NCBI GenBank assembly: GCA_013265495.1
Contig: MU058423.1
Location: 2,805,061 to 2,869,060 of the forward strand
Reading direction: 5' to 3'
DNA length: 64,000 nucleotides
From: Vicugna vicugna
Taxonomy: Eukaryota
Made by a program: the position numbers and the translations under genes. Under the pieces are notes generated by a model. It worked only from the letters and a program-made list of their open reading frames with translations. It ran no database searches and had not been told where the DNA came from. Below, in pieces: positions 63,290 through 64,000 of the stretch (position 1 is the stretch's first letter; every line of letters begins with the position of its first letter).

Positions 63290-64000
63290 CAGCCCGCACA
63301 GAACTAGTTTATTCAGTAGTATGGGGAAATGAAAAAACAAAACACAAAATCCTACCATATTTACAGGAACAATCAAAACTGTACAATCAGATGGTTAGTA
63401 TCAAGTTAGCATCCAGCATCTTTGTATTTTTTAAGTCAAGTCATCAGTAGTAAAAACCAGTGAAGTTTTTAACCTTTTGTAGGAACTGCTGAGGGGAGAG
63501 GCCAGGGGGGTAATTCATGGCAGAAAAGCCAGAGACCAGCCTTACAAATGAGAAACGGGAACACTTTTTTTCCCCCTGCCATAGCCTCTTTTTCAAGCCA
63601 CCTGCTCCAGAGGAAAATTGGTGACAAGTCTGGAATACATGCTTAGCATAAACGGTGACTCGAATAACAGTTGGCAAAACAGGAAGGAGAGAAGAGGTGG
63701 GGAGATGACAGCCTGGAGCAAGGGGAAGGGACTCAGGCCCCCTCGCCAGGACTGCTGGGTATATACCCAACCTATAATGGCCACATCAGACCCCCTGGGA
63801 CTGGGCACAAACCCATCCCAACACAAAAGGCAAATAAATAAAAAATATATATTAACTCTCTCTTCACAGGGAGCTGGGTGGCAAGGGGAGAAAGGAATGG
63901 GACCTGGTCCTTTGAAGAAGAGAGCCAATTCCAAGAAGGGGTTAAAAATAGAACATATCTCAGGCCACAGCAGGTCAGTGGGGTTTGTCTGGTCTCCGAG
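63290..64000 (-). other. CELSR2: Distal 3'UTR of the convergent gene CELSR2 (partial)
   Basis: TTTATT at 63308-13 (AATAAA on -), repeat-free UTR-like sequence; named from known synteny only, no coding exon in the window. Confidence 0.65.

Noticed and set aside
1..64000. CRISPR array, operon or prokaryotic/viral defence system
   Set aside because: The window is intron-exon mammalian DNA with no regularly spaced repeats and no long intact non-host ORFs.

Overview
Mammalian genomic DNA, most likely a camelid (inferred from a vic-1-type tRNA-derived SINE at ~25.5 kb). It is syntenic with the human 1p13.3 SORT1-MYBPHL-PSRC1-CELSR2 cluster. The + strand carries SORT1 exons 4-20 (an intact spliced frame of 2056 nt up to the stop, an open 99-nt cassette exon 17b and a ~4.5 kb 3'UTR), a MYBPHL gene that appears inactivated, and a complete PSRC1/DDA3 gene with a CpG-island promoter. 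The distal 3'UTR of a convergent gene, CELSR2 by synteny, enters on the - strand at the right edge. The rest is introns and intergenic DNA with L1, L2, MIR, hAT, Tigger and MLT relics and microsatellites. Nearly all ORF-track entries are spurious or exon-plus-intron read-throughs. I see no prokaryote-style novel system. The strongest observations are: (1) two independent disabling lesions in MYBPHL, an exon 1 frameshift with a premature TAG and a GT>AT donor in intron 4; (2) a stop-free, Cys-rich second reading frame across three PSRC1 exons; (3) an open, mouse-like SORT1 exon 17b with UG repeats; (4) a Trp>Arg change in the sortilin propeller. All comparisons to human and mouse proteins and repeat consensuses are from recall and need to be checked by alignment.
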